Shown: positions 1 to 9,229, counted from the stretch's first letter. The stretch: DNA of 64,000 nucleotides from Candidatus Thorarchaeota archaeon (GCA_048882325.1 JBHLRS010000012.1:1-64000); one strand, 5' to 3'. Notes: generated by a model not told the origin, from the letters alone. Numbers and translations: made by a program.

Positions 1-185
1 GTTCCATCTCCAGTCCAGGAATCACCAAACTCATAATCAGATGAAATAACAATCTCACGGGCAAATTGGGCATTTTGTTTTGTTTCGATTCCTGTGGGAG
101 AGAAAGCAATAGCATTAGCAATCGGTAGAATTGTCAAGAATAGTAGTAATGACACAAATGTCAATGACACCCACTTCTTTACCAT
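1..185 (-). CDS. Partial (runs off window) third paralog of the beta-helix surface protein array
   Basis: Reverse strand reads MVKKWVSLTFVSLLLFLTILPIANAIAFSPTGIETKQNAQFAREIVISSDYEFGDSWTGDGT, nearly identical in pattern to the N-terminus of 283..1581; not in ORF track. Confidence 0.85.
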   Translation of the reverse strand, partial: MVKKWVSLTFVSLLLFLTILPIANAIAFSPTGIETKQNAQFAREIVISSDYEFGDSWTGDG

Positions 186-282
186 TCACTTTCCACCACT
201 TTGAGTATGTAATATTGCAAATTCACTCAATATTCTTTCGACTATATGTTCCATTAATCACCTTCATTACTATCATTTCTTT
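186..282. repeat. Duplicated intergenic/promoter unit, copy 1
   Basis: ttccaccac...caaattcactcaata...tcga...ttcattactatcatttcttt is repeated at 1582-1676 and partly at 3003-3060. Confidence 0.85.
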
Positions 283-1581
283 TCAGCTCTCTCTGGCTTT
301 GCAAATATAAACAAGCACTCCAACAGCGAGAGCTATGAAAATCCCCACAGTCAGGTATGTGAAAGGGATATCTCCATCCGACGATGGAGTTGTTGATGAG
401 CCTGTGGTGTATCCCTCATAGTAGTATTTCATAAGGTAAGACGTCCAAGCATTTCCTTCTGTATCGTTAGCCCAGACATAATACAATTCATTAAAATAAT
501 AATAATCGTCTGTAAAGGTGTATGTATATACGTCACTTTCAGAAGATTGAGTCATTTCGTACCACTTTAGATATATTCCAGCACTTATACAGAGATACAC
601 ACTGTCAATTCCGGACTCATCGATAACCATTGCATCAAAGGAGGGAGTCACTGGTCCTGGGCCTGCAGTTACACAAACCGTGGTATAAGGGCCCCATCCA
701 TAGTTAGGACTTAGTTCAATATCAGGAGGCAAAACGTCCTGGGTCAATAACTGAGGAAATCTATCATAGTTGGAACCCATTCCAGTGATGTTATAGACTC
801 CACTCTCATCATAGTCATCCCAATAATTTCCTTGAGTGCCTTCGTCCCAAACTGTTGAATTTTCGTAATCTAGTGCGTTCAATACACCGTTGTAACCAAG
901 ATAGTTACCGTTTATTGAGGAATTGCGACTTTGTTCGAGTATCCGAATTCCATATTCGGCATTCTCAATGATTTTATTGTCGAAGACAGTGGTGTTGAAC
1001 GATCCATCAATGTCAATTCCAATGCTATTTCTCAGAATTTGATTACCTGTGACAAATGTGTTTGATGAGTCACTTATCCAAAGACCCCTGCCTGAATCAG
1101 ATATCATGCAGTCTTCAACTACGATTCCCGACGAGTTATCGATTTTGATTCCGGTGATATCATCCAAATCATAGGGAAATCCATAAGGCCATAGGAATGC
1201 CTTGATTACACTATTCACTATAACGCCGTTTGTGACATTGGAAAGCTCAAGGGGAAAAATACCAGATTCTGTGTAATTAGGATCGCCATGAGCCTCGATT
1301 ATGAGGTCCGTGATGACGAAGTGACTAATCGTATTTCTGATTTCGATATAGCTTCCGTAAAACATCTTTGGAATCAACACGTACGGATCTTCATCCGTTC
1401 CATTGCCAATCCAATAACGGTCATCAAACTCATCATCGGATGTAACCCTAATTATGTAGTTATAATACGAGTTTTCTTTTTCGACTCCAGTGGGAGAGAT
1501 AGCGATGGAATTCATAATGGGTAGAACCGTCATGAAGAGTAGCAATGACACAAATGACAATGACACCCATTTCTTTACCAT
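283..1581 (-). CDS. Membrane-anchored parallel beta-helix (NosD/CASH-like) surface protein
   Basis: Signal peptide; GNGTxEDPY motif; GIxIxxSxNxxIxxNxI repeats; GNYWDDY motif; Ig-like segment; Thr/Ser linker; C-terminal TM and YICKARES tail. Confidence 0.85.
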   Translation of the reverse strand: MVKKWVSLSFVSLLLFMTVLPIMNSIAISPTGVEKENSYYNYIIRVTSDDEFDDRYWIGNGTDEDPYVLIPKMFYGSYIEIRNTISHFVITDLIIEAHGDPNYTESGIFPLELSNVTNGVIVNSVIKAFLWPYGFPYDLDDITGIKIDNSSGIVVEDCMISDSGRGLWISDSSNTFVTGNQILRNSIGIDIDGSFNTTVFDNKIIENAEYGIRILEQSRNSSINGNYLGYNGVLNALDYENSTVWDEGTQGNYWDDYDESGVYNITGMGSNYDRFPQLLTQDVLPPDIELSPNYGWGPYTTVCVTAGPGPVTPSFDAMVIDESGIDSVYLCISAGIYLKWYEMTQSSESDVYTYTFTDDYYYFNELYYVWANDTEGNAWTSYLMKYYYEGYTTGSSTTPSSDGDIPFTYLTVGIFIALAVGVLVYICKARES

Positions 1582-1676
1582 TCACCTTCCACCACTTATT
1601 ATGTAATAGTACAAATTCACTCAATATTCTCTCGACTATTTATTCCACTATTCAGCTTCATTACTATCATTTCTTT
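1582..1676. repeat. Duplicated intergenic/promoter unit, copy 2
   Basis: Near-identical to 186-282. Confidence 0.85.
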
Positions 1677-3002
1677 TCAACGCTCTCTGGCCTTGCAAAT
1701 ATAAACAAGCACTCCGACAACTACAGTAATGATAACTCCAATGGTGAAGTACATGATTGGAAAATATCCAACTGGATATGTTGGGCTTGTTGGCTCTGTC
1801 GTTCTGGGATACCCCAAATAACGGAATTCCCGTACGATAGATATCCAGACATTACCTGCGGTATCATTAGCCCAGACATAGAACAATACATGAAAGTCGT
1901 AGTACTCATCTGGAAATGTGTATGTGTATCTATCACTTCCTGCATTCTTGGTCATCTCATACATCATTAACGAGTTGTTCTCATCATTCGTACAGAGATA
2001 AACGCTGTCAATTCCTGACGCATCAGTGACGATTGCACTAAAGGAGGGAGTCACAGGATAAGGGCTAGCTGTTAAAGTCCAAGTGAATGTAGTGTAAGGA
2101 CCCCACCAGTAGTATTTACTGCCAAGTTCAAGTTCAATATCTGGAGGCGAAACATCTTGGTCCAATAGTTGCGGAGATCCATCAAAGTTTGACCCTAGTC
2201 CGGAGATATTGTAAACACCACTCTCATTATAGTCATCCCACCAATTTCCTTCTGCGTCTATGTTCCATGTGGTTGAGGTTTCGTTATCTAGTGCATTTGA
2301 GATGCCATTGTAACCAAGATAGTTCCCAACTATTGTGGAGTTGTGACTGCCCTCGAGTATCCGAACTCCATAGTCTGCATTCTCAATGATTTTGTTATCT
2401 ATGACAGAGGTGTTAAGGGATGCATCAATATCAATACCAATTCTGCTTCCTTGAATTTGATTGTCTACGACGACTGTGTTTGATGAGTTTACTATCCAGA
2501 GTCCTCTACCTGCATCTGCTATGATGCAGTCTTCTACCACTATACTCGTAGAGTTGGTTATTGTGATTGCTGCGATGTAATCAAGATCATCGGGGGGACC
2601 TGGAGAAAATAAAGATGGTTTTATGGAACTGTGAACGATTATACCGTTTTTGACATTGAGAAGCATAATCGATTTGTCAGGATTTCTAGTATAGTAGTCC
2701 TCATGAGCTTGTAGTATTATGTCCTTTATCACGAAGTGACTAACGGTATTTCTGATTTGAATATGGCTGCCATAGAACATCCGAGGAATCAGTACATATG
2801 GATTCTCAGCTGTTCCATCTCCAGACCAATAAGGACCGATAAAATCGTCATCAGATGAAACTACGATATCTAGACGTTGAAACCAATGTTGTGGTTTCTT
2901 TTCTACACCTGTGTCATTCACAGAAATAGAATTCACAACAGGTATGAGTGCCACAAAGAGCAATAGAAACACAAACAAAGTAGACATCCGCTTCCTTGAC
3001 AT
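1677..3002 (-). CDS. Membrane-anchored parallel beta-helix (NosD/CASH-like) surface protein, paralog
   Basis: Collinear with 283..1581 (GDGTAENPY, GNWWDDY, VLVYICKARER); ATG at 3002 (GTG at 3005 alternative). Confidence 0.85.
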   Translation of the reverse strand: MSRKRMSTLFVFLLLFVALIPVVNSISVNDTGVEKKPQHWFQRLDIVVSSDDDFIGPYWSGDGTAENPYVLIPRMFYGSHIQIRNTVSHFVIKDIILQAHEDYYTRNPDKSIMLLNVKNGIIVHSSIKPSLFSPGPPDDLDYIAAITITNSTSIVVEDCIIADAGRGLWIVNSSNTVVVDNQIQGSRIGIDIDASLNTSVIDNKIIENADYGVRILEGSHNSTIVGNYLGYNGISNALDNETSTTWNIDAEGNWWDDYNESGVYNISGLGSNFDGSPQLLDQDVSPPDIELELGSKYYWWGPYTTFTWTLTASPYPVTPSFSAIVTDASGIDSVYLCTNDENNSLMMYEMTKNAGSDRYTYTFPDEYYDFHVLFYVWANDTAGNVWISIVREFRYLGYPRTTEPTSPTYPVGYFPIMYFTIGVIITVVVGVLVYICKARER

Positions 3003-3060
3003 CACCTTCCACCACGTTGATTGTGTGATATTGCAAATTCACTCAATACTCTTTCGATTA
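3003..3060. repeat. Duplicated promoter unit, copy 3 (partial)
   Basis: caccttccaccac...atattgcaaattcactcaatactctttcga matches copies 1 and 2. Confidence 0.75.
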
Positions 3061-3137
3061 TCTGGTGGATTGATTTCCGTCGATGGATATATCTGGATGA
3101 GCACTAGACTGCTTCAGTTATACATAGGTGCTCTCGC

Positions 3138-4379
3138 ATGAAAGCGATAATGTACGACCTCAAGATTAGTAAAGTCGTTCGAAAGAAGATGAAACTAGCT
3201 GGAAAATATACCATGATCAAGTATCAAGAGGACTGGCCAACACCAACCATTAAACATCCACGACAGGTGATAGTGCGACCAGTCATCTCGGGCATATGCG
3301 CTTCAGATGTCAACCAGATAAATGTCAATGTTTCATACTCTACAACAATTCTTGCAAGAAAGGACAGTCCATACCCATTGGGTCATGAAGTCGTTGGAGT
3401 TGTGGAGGAGGTTGGGAGTGAGGTCGAGAATCTGAAGGCGGGAGACCGAGTCGGTCACTCTCCAGTGGTTTCATGTGAGTGTTATGGCTTCGAATACTGT
3501 GAGAGTTGTAGAAACGGTAAACCGGAAACCTGTCAGGCCATCGTAGGAATTGGTGATGACTCTCACCTTGAGGAGCAATATGGCGGGAGACTTAATTTTG
3601 GTGGGTTTGGGAGTGGGGCATTTAGTGAATATTTCACCACATATGCGGGTCAACTGCAGAAGATACCTGAAAGTGTTCCAGATGAGATAGCACTGCTTGC
3701 TGAACCTCTGGCAGTCGCAATTCATGCGGCAAATAAAAAGCCACCTTCCAATGATGATACTGTCGTTATCTTTGGATCAGGGATTATTGGTTTATTATTA
3801 ATTAGAGCGATTAGAGGTATGGGGTCAAAGTGTAAGATAATTGTCATATCTCGATATCCGTTTCAAGAGGAGGCAGCTAAGCGACTCGGTGCAGATGAAG
3901 TGATATCTGAAAGTAATAAGGATGCATTGTTTCAATCGGTAGCAGATAGTACTGGTGGTCATCTATTGAAACCAGCGAGAGGGAACAAAATACTCTATGG
4001 AGGCGTTGGACCTGACATCATATTCGATTGTGTCGGGACAGACTCGACCCTGGATGATTCCCTACGTCTTGTCAGGAACAATGGAACTATAGTGTTAGTG
4101 GGTATGAGTTTTGGAGTGACAAAGAAGACTGATTGGATTCTAACAATATACAAACAAGTCAATGTCTTAGGTTCGATGATGCACGGTCTAGAACACCGCG
4201 ATGGTAAGGAAGTTGACACCCTCGAAATTGCCTTAGAGATACTCGGAGAGACCCCTTCACTTTTCGAAGGACTGGTCACTCACAAATACAAAATCGATGA
4301 ATACAAGACTGCATTCTCTGTTGCTGCAAACAAGGGAAAGAATCGTGCTATCAAGGTTGCTTTCGATTTTAGGGTGTAG
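3138..4379 (+). CDS. Zinc-dependent alcohol dehydrogenase (MDR family)
   Basis: GICASD; GHEVVGVVEEVG; structural-Zn Cys cluster (CEC...CESC...C); Rossmann GSGIIG. Confidence 0.9.
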   Translation: MKAIMYDLKISKVVRKKMKLAGKYTMIKYQEDWPTPTIKHPRQVIVRPVISGICASDVNQINVNVSYSTTILARKDSPYPLGHEVVGVVEEVGSEVENLKAGDRVGHSPVVSCECYGFEYCESCRNGKPETCQAIVGIGDDSHLEEQYGGRLNFGGFGSGAFSEYFTTYAGQLQKIPESVPDEIALLAEPLAVAIHAANKKPPSNDDTVVIFGSGIIGLLLIRAIRGMGSKCKIIVISRYPFQEEAAKRLGADEVISESNKDALFQSVADSTGGHLLKPARGNKILYGGVGPDIIFDCVGTDSTLDDSLRLVRNNGTIVLVGMSFGVTKKTDWILTIYKQVNVLGSMMHGLEHRDGKEVDTLEIALEILGETPSLFEGLVTHKYKIDEYKTAFSVAANKGKNRAIKVAFDFRV

Positions 4380-4382
4380 AGG

Positions 4383-5183
4383 ATGATATTCGATATTGGC
4401 AGACCACTCATTATGGCTCACCGTGGAGAGTCTGGAAATATACCAGAGAACACGATTCTTGCGCTTCAGGCTGCTGTAGACATAGGTGTAGATGTACTGG
4501 AGTCTGACATACGTTTTACAAAGGACAATGTACCAATCCTCTATCATGATGAAGACCTAGTTCGCATAACTGGAAAGGATGAGATGGTCCGAAAGAAGAC
4601 ATTGGATGAGTTGCTCCAATTCGATTTGGGATATAACTTCACGACAGATGCTGGGCGAACCTACCCATTTAGAGGAAGAGGACTCGCAGTTGTGACGCTA
4701 GAGGAGGCACTCAAGAGGTTCCCAGACACCATCCTCAACCTAGACATAAAAGACACATTCAGAGAAGCACCTGATGAAGTGGCTCGGATCCTGTTGGAGA
4801 ATCAGAGAACAGAGAATATAATGATAGCTTCGTTTCATCCGAAGCAATTGAAAGGATTCAGAAAGAAAGCTCCTATGATACCCACGTCTGCTCATCCAAA
4901 TGAGGTACGTAACTTCGTTATAGGAACCCGCTTGAAAGCGATGAGGATGTTTGTGCGCTCTGTAGCGTATAAGGCGTTTCAAGTTCCTGAGCGGATGGAA
5001 TCGTTTCAAATTGTCACACCAGATTTTGTGAGGGCAGCCCATGAAAGAGACATAGCGGTCCATGTATGGACAATCAACAACAGACCGGACATGGAGCGGA
5101 TGATAGACATGGGAGTTGATGGTATATTCACAGACTTCCCAGCTGTCCTAAGAGATGTCCTAGATGAAAGAGGTTACCTTTGA
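4383..5183 (+). CDS. Glycerophosphodiester phosphodiesterase (GDPD)
   Basis: AHRG, PENT, ESD, HD, HVWTIN, GVDGIFTDFP motifs. Confidence 0.92.
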   Translation: MIFDIGRPLIMAHRGESGNIPENTILALQAAVDIGVDVLESDIRFTKDNVPILYHDEDLVRITGKDEMVRKKTLDELLQFDLGYNFTTDAGRTYPFRGRGLAVVTLEEALKRFPDTILNLDIKDTFREAPDEVARILLENQRTENIMIASFHPKQLKGFRKKAPMIPTSAHPNEVRNFVIGTRLKAMRMFVRSVAYKAFQVPERMESFQIVTPDFVRAAHERDIAVHVWTINNRPDMERMIDMGVDGIFTDFPAVLRDVLDERGYL

Positions 5184-5309
5184 TACGAGGAGAGCTATAC
5201 TAGAAGGCAATCAGCCGAAATAGCTTAATATGCGCCAGACGTGAGGTCCGTGTAACAGTCCGAGGACAGTGGGACCAAGGACTAATGACCAAAATTGGAA
5301 GAATGTGCA

Positions 5310-5444
5310 ATGACCTGTCCAGAATATAATGCGGCCGAAGGAAAATGCGGTGTTGACGGATTCAAATTCTACACTGGGATGAACAAACCCTGTGAAACCC
5401 CCGGTATAAACAAAGACAAGTGTCCTCGTTTTGCCATGCAATAA
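5310..5444 (+). CDS. Small four-cysteine protein (44 aa), probable metal-binding
   Basis: Hand translation MTCPEYNAAEGKCGVDGFKFYTGMNKPCETPGINKDKCPRFAMQ*; CPxY...C...C...CPxF; fills a 340-bp gap; below ORF-track cutoff. Confidence 0.6.
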   Translation: MTCPEYNAAEGKCGVDGFKFYTGMNKPCETPGINKDKCPRFAMQ

Positions 5445-5524
5445 TCAGTCAAAGCTAAGTTTTCTTTTCCTCAAAGTTAATTGGGTAGCTCTGGCTGCCC
5501 ACTACGTTTCTATTTTCAGTTTCA

Positions 5525-5893
5525 TCATGATTGAGAGTTGTCGTACTTGGCAACCTCTTCTGCTACTAGCTTCTCAATTGAACTGACATTAAACTCAATA
5601 TACTCCAAGAACAGTCCCTCTGCTACAGGATTGTCGACAGTAAGAATATCTAGAAATTGATGGAATGGATTTCTTGTTTCATCTCTCGCCAGACTATACT
5701 CGTTTTTTCCTGATGCTGTATCAAGATACTTGCGAAGGAGTCTATTCTTCTCCTCAAAACCCACAGCAGAGAGTAGTTCCTGTAACAGCATTATCATGTT
5801 TCGTTTGTATTGCTCAGTACATGGAGGTAATTGATTTTCGATATCTTTTAGTCTGTTCATAAGATGCAATTTCTTTGCTGCTGCGTCACTCAC
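5525..5893 (-). CDS. Hypothetical alpha-helical protein
   Basis: ORF 5525..6031; likely true start GTG at 5893 preceded by GGGAG; the upstream extension overlaps the terminator hairpin. Confidence 0.6.
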   Translation of the reverse strand: MSDAAAKKLHLMNRLKDIENQLPPCTEQYKRNMIMLLQELLSAVGFEEKNRLLRKYLDTASGKNEYSLARDETRNPFHQFLDILTVDNPVAEGLFLEYIEFNVSSIEKLVAEEVAKYDNSQS

Positions 5894-5959
5894 AGAATAC
5901 TCCCAAAACTCACTACATATTCTCAGAATATATGTGTAATCATGGATATCGACAAGATA

Positions 5960-6014
5960 TCTGGGGAACGAAAAGATGACAAAGAACAAAGGGTGGCAAC
6001 CCCGAAGGGTTGCC
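5960..6014 (-). terminator. Hairpin with C(UUCG)G tetraloop plus T-rich tract downstream of the Rab-like gene
   Basis: Minus strand ggcaaccc-ttcg-gggttgcc (5995-6014) followed by ctttgttctttgtcatcttttc. Confidence 0.6.
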
Positions 6015-6048
6015 GTGTAATGAAAGGGCATGTAATTATAGTTGGCAA

Positions 6049-6585
6049 TCAGTTGTCTACTAAAGACGCGTGTTTCTCGAGTGCTATTTTGGCAGCAGCC
6101 TCGAACATCTCTTTGACGCCTTCACCGGTCTTGGCAGAAACCTCCATGACCTCGGCACCATACTTGCGCGCCATCTCGGCAGCTTCCTCTATTTGGACTC
6201 CGCTGCCGTTTTCCCTTTCATCAATCTTGTTTCCGACAAAGATGATCTGACACTCAGGAGCATTCTCCTTGACTCTACCAAGCCAATCGGTGAGTCGTTG
6301 GAGTGAGAATGTCCGTGTGGCATCGTAGACTGCAATAGCAATCCTTGCACCTTTGAAGTAGTCTGAGATGACCTCTCTGAACCTGGGCTGGCCACCGAGG
6401 TCCCAGAGCATCAGTGTGACGTTGTTTTCATCAATCGTCATCTTCTTGGAAGCAAAGTTGACACCTATGGTCATCTTCATCTCTTCATCGAACCGGTTCT
6501 CGGTGTAGCGGATGGTGATGCTGGTCTTGCCAACACCACCTTCGCCCACGAGTACAGTCTTGTAGATCGGTAGTCTCCCCGCCAT
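6049..6585 (-). CDS. Rab-like small GTPase (Ras superfamily)
   Basis: G1 GEGGVGKT, G2 TIGVNF, G3 WDLGGQ, RabF-like RF...YFKGA, G4 NKID, G5 SAK; no C-terminal Cys. Confidence 0.95.
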   Translation of the reverse strand: MAGRLPIYKTVLVGEGGVGKTSITIRYTENRFDEEMKMTIGVNFASKKMTIDENNVTLMLWDLGGQPRFREVISDYFKGARIAIAVYDATRTFSLQRLTDWLGRVKENAPECQIIFVGNKIDERENGSGVQIEEAAEMARKYGAEVMEVSAKTGEGVKEMFEAAAKIALEKHASLVDN

Positions 6586-6597
6586 CTCGTATCACCT

Positions 6598-7980
6598 CTA
6601 TACACTAGATACGGTAGTCCCGAGTAACAGGTCTGCTCGACCGGTCACACCCAACCACCAGACTCCGAAAGCACTCAGAATAAATGCTGATGAAAGGAGA
6701 GTGTCAGCATTACCACCTGCTGTTCCGAGGATGAGGAACACGACTCCAAGAGCAAGGAATAGTGCTCGACTTCGACCAGGTGCACCTACTCTTCTCATTC
6801 TCCACCAAAGTAGACCATAAAGCCCCAATGGAACTACTGTTTGAAGGATGCCAGTCACTGCCATGACTATGCTACGATTTGGTATAGAATCTAGCGGGAT
6901 TGGAGGATTGGCGGTCCATCCTCCAAGCATCATAATGAATGGTGCAGCCATGATTAGCAATGGGAGAAGTATAGCTCGTTTCCAGTCTAATGCAACAATC
7001 GAACTCAAATTGAGAAGCATTGGAGAAATAAGGCCTAGAGCTAAAGCGATATACTGCGCATTAAGTCCCCCAAGAAACTCTACATGATTCAAAGCTACTA
7101 TCAACCAAGAGAATCCTGAAACGAAGAAGAAAACCCCAAGTGTGAGTGTCGCTTGGTTCCTACTCTGGCTCCATCTTGTAAATGCATAAGCACCGGTTCC
7201 GATGGACAGAATAGCACCCACGGCAATGAACGTTACTGATGTCATCCCTGCAACATCTCCAACAACAGGAGACACCAGTAGATAGCTCATGAAGTATAGC
7301 AGTGAACTAATCGTGAATGAATAGGCAATCAGCTCTGGACCAATCCTCGATCTAGGAAGAACCAAGGCGGTGATTAGTATCGCAGGTCCATAGAGACGTA
7401 GTCCTAGAACTGCAGTCACAATGGAAGGGTCTGTGAACGAGGTCGCGACTAGAATTGTAGGGTAGGTGAGTGAGAGCACCGCCAATGCAAAGCTTGTAAT
7501 TCTCTTTGTCGTTACTGTCAGGTACGCGAAGAGACCAAACGGTATGCTGAACAGAATCAGTGCAAAAATGTTCACTGCATAGTCAGTGAATCCACCCAAC
7601 ACAGATCCAGCTCCAATTTGTGTTTCTGCAAAAGCGATAAAACCAAGGACACCCATCATCGTGATTGGTATCGCGTAAAGTTTCTTTGACCCCAGAATCA
7701 TCAAAGCTGAAATCATTAGAAGTCCAGCGCCAAGAATTGCGGTTATATACCAAAAGACCTCTGCCAGACCAATTCCAGTTCCATACCAGTAGTTACTCAG
7801 AGAGGCAGCACCTAAGAAGAAAACACTAGCAACGGCAACCCACAGGGGCCGTCCAAGGTTTTTCTCTTCGGGTGGAAGGTCCTTGACTCGATTCCATGTA
7901 AATCTGAAAAGCAGAATGGTTATCAAAAAAAGACCAACTGCTGTTATCAGTTCCGAAGCATATTGTACGACTAATTGCAT
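6598..7980 (-). CDS. Polytopic membrane protein, about 15 TM (two 7TM-like units)
   Basis: About 15 hydrophobic segments with short loops; no soluble domain. Confidence 0.8.
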   Translation of the reverse strand: MQLVVQYASELITAVGLFLITILLFRFTWNRVKDLPPEEKNLGRPLWVAVASVFFLGAASLSNYWYGTGIGLAEVFWYITAILGAGLLMISALMILGSKKLYAIPITMMGVLGFIAFAETQIGAGSVLGGFTDYAVNIFALILFSIPFGLFAYLTVTTKRITSFALAVLSLTYPTILVATSFTDPSIVTAVLGLRLYGPAILITALVLPRSRIGPELIAYSFTISSLLYFMSYLLVSPVVGDVAGMTSVTFIAVGAILSIGTGAYAFTRWSQSRNQATLTLGVFFFVSGFSWLIVALNHVEFLGGLNAQYIALALGLISPMLLNLSSIVALDWKRAILLPLLIMAAPFIMMLGGWTANPPIPLDSIPNRSIVMAVTGILQTVVPLGLYGLLWWRMRRVGAPGRSRALFLALGVVFLILGTAGGNADTLLSSAFILSAFGVWWLGVTGRADLLLGTTVSSV

Positions 7981-7991
7981 TGTCTACACCC

Positions 7992-8381
7992 CTAAAGCAT
8001 CTTTGATGCCCATTCATTTGCGCGCTTCATTGCACTCTGTGCCTCACTTGCGGCAGCCTTGATTGTCGAGATTGTTTCATCAGTAACAATCTCACCGAGT
8101 GTGCCTTTGCACAGCTCGCTAATCTTGGAGTTCAGTGCGGCAGCATTCTTATCGTCCAAGTCGTGAATGGTGACCAAGAACACTCGGTCAGTTTTGGAGA
8201 TAATGATACGATAATTCTCAAGAGAGAGTTCACTGACATTCTTGCCTGAGATCTTCTTGCTGTACATCTGAATCGCTGATAGAAATCCTCCAAACAGAGC
8301 TTCGTCTATTTGGAAGTCTCCAATCGGTATGGAGGCGATGGTTTCACCGCCTTCATTCACTAGATACACACTTTGAATCAC
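7992..8381 (-). CDS. Longin-like domain protein
   Basis: MIQSVYLVNEGGETI...ALFGGFLSAIQMYSKKISG..VSELSLENYRIII, the pattern typical of Asgard longin domains. Confidence 0.75.
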   Translation of the reverse strand: MIQSVYLVNEGGETIASIPIGDFQIDEALFGGFLSAIQMYSKKISGKNVSELSLENYRIIISKTDRVFLVTIHDLDDKNAAALNSKISELCKGTLGEIVTDETISTIKAAASEAQSAMKRANEWASKML

Positions 8382-8395
8382 TATTCTTGCATCCC

Positions 8396-8650
8396 CTAGA
8401 AACTATCCATCCATTTCAGAGCCTTGTCGACTGACCCATCGTCATCAACCACTTCACCAGCGAGTTCAACGTCTCGAACAGTGAAAGTCTTGTCAACGAA
8501 TAGGATCACATTGTGACCATTGCCACATTTTGCAGGAACTAGAACTGGAATACGCTTGGCATTAGTGATCGAGTCTTCCTCAACCACAATTCCATCTATT
8601 GGCCCCCTACATTCGGGGCATGGTAGGCTATTCAGTGTCTTTTTTCCCAT
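8396..8650 (-). CDS. Small Zn-finger protein
   Basis: CPEC...CGNGH ligands; FVDKxFxVR motif; amphipathic C-terminal helix. Confidence 0.75.
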   Translation of the reverse strand: MGKKTLNSLPCPECRGPIDGIVVEEDSITNAKRIPVLVPAKCGNGHNVILFVDKTFTVRDVELAGEVVDDDGSVDKALKWMDSF

Positions 8651-8876
8651 TTAGGTCACCTCTATGCAGAATGACTTCTGCAATATCGTGCGCTGCTAGT
8701 TTGGCTGTTTCTTTGCGAAACTAACAACTAATATTCAAAAATATTCCTATATATACAATTCTAGTTGGAATTAATTGCGAAAATCGCAAAATTTACGACG
8801 TTTATTGCGGCCAAGAACAAGAAGCAAGAGTTATCAGTTTGATGATGTGAGGACGAAATATCCTGTGGCGATGCAA

Positions 8877-9143
8877 ATGGTAAAAGCCTACATTTTGATT
8901 AAGGCCACTGTTGGGCAGGAAGACGCAGTCCTCAAAGAAATGCTATCCCTCTCAGTTACAGAAGAGGCACACAAGGTTTTCGGACCCTATGACATCATGG
9001 CAGAGGTAAGAGGCCGCGACATGGAAACTTTAGTTGAGATCATCACCGAAAAGGTCCGAAAGATAAAGGGCATTACGGACACCCAATCACTTCTCGTTAT
9101 TGACAATGAGATTGATATGACCTCAACGAGTATAGGGTCCTAG
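8877..9143 (+). CDS. Stand-alone Lrp/AsnC ligand-binding (RAM) domain protein
   Basis: KAYILIK...VFGPYDIMAEV...VRKIKGITDTQS; probable start ATG 8871 or 8877. Confidence 0.85.
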   Translation: MVKAYILIKATVGQEDAVLKEMLSLSVTEEAHKVFGPYDIMAEVRGRDMETLVEIITEKVRKIKGITDTQSLLVIDNEIDMTSTSIGS

Positions 9144-9229
9144 CTAAGTCCTTTACATCGAAGATTTTCTTTTATACAATGGTCGGACAAGGGGTAGTGG
9201 GATTACATTTTCGGAGGTATCTGATTTTT

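Noticed and set aside
5211-5441. 76-aa minus-strand ORF from the track
   Set aside because: No recognisable features; it overlaps the more protein-like four-Cys ORF on the plus strand
5995-6014. Hairpin as a possible SECIS element
   Set aside because: No in-frame TGA in the upstream genes and no SECIS-like geometry; position and U-tract fit a terminator
8775-8870. Long N-terminal extensions on several track ORFs (8775, 9179, 14582, 58454, 62601)
   Set aside because: They overlap promoters or neighbouring genes; downstream ATGs, some with RBS-like motifs, match the family starts better
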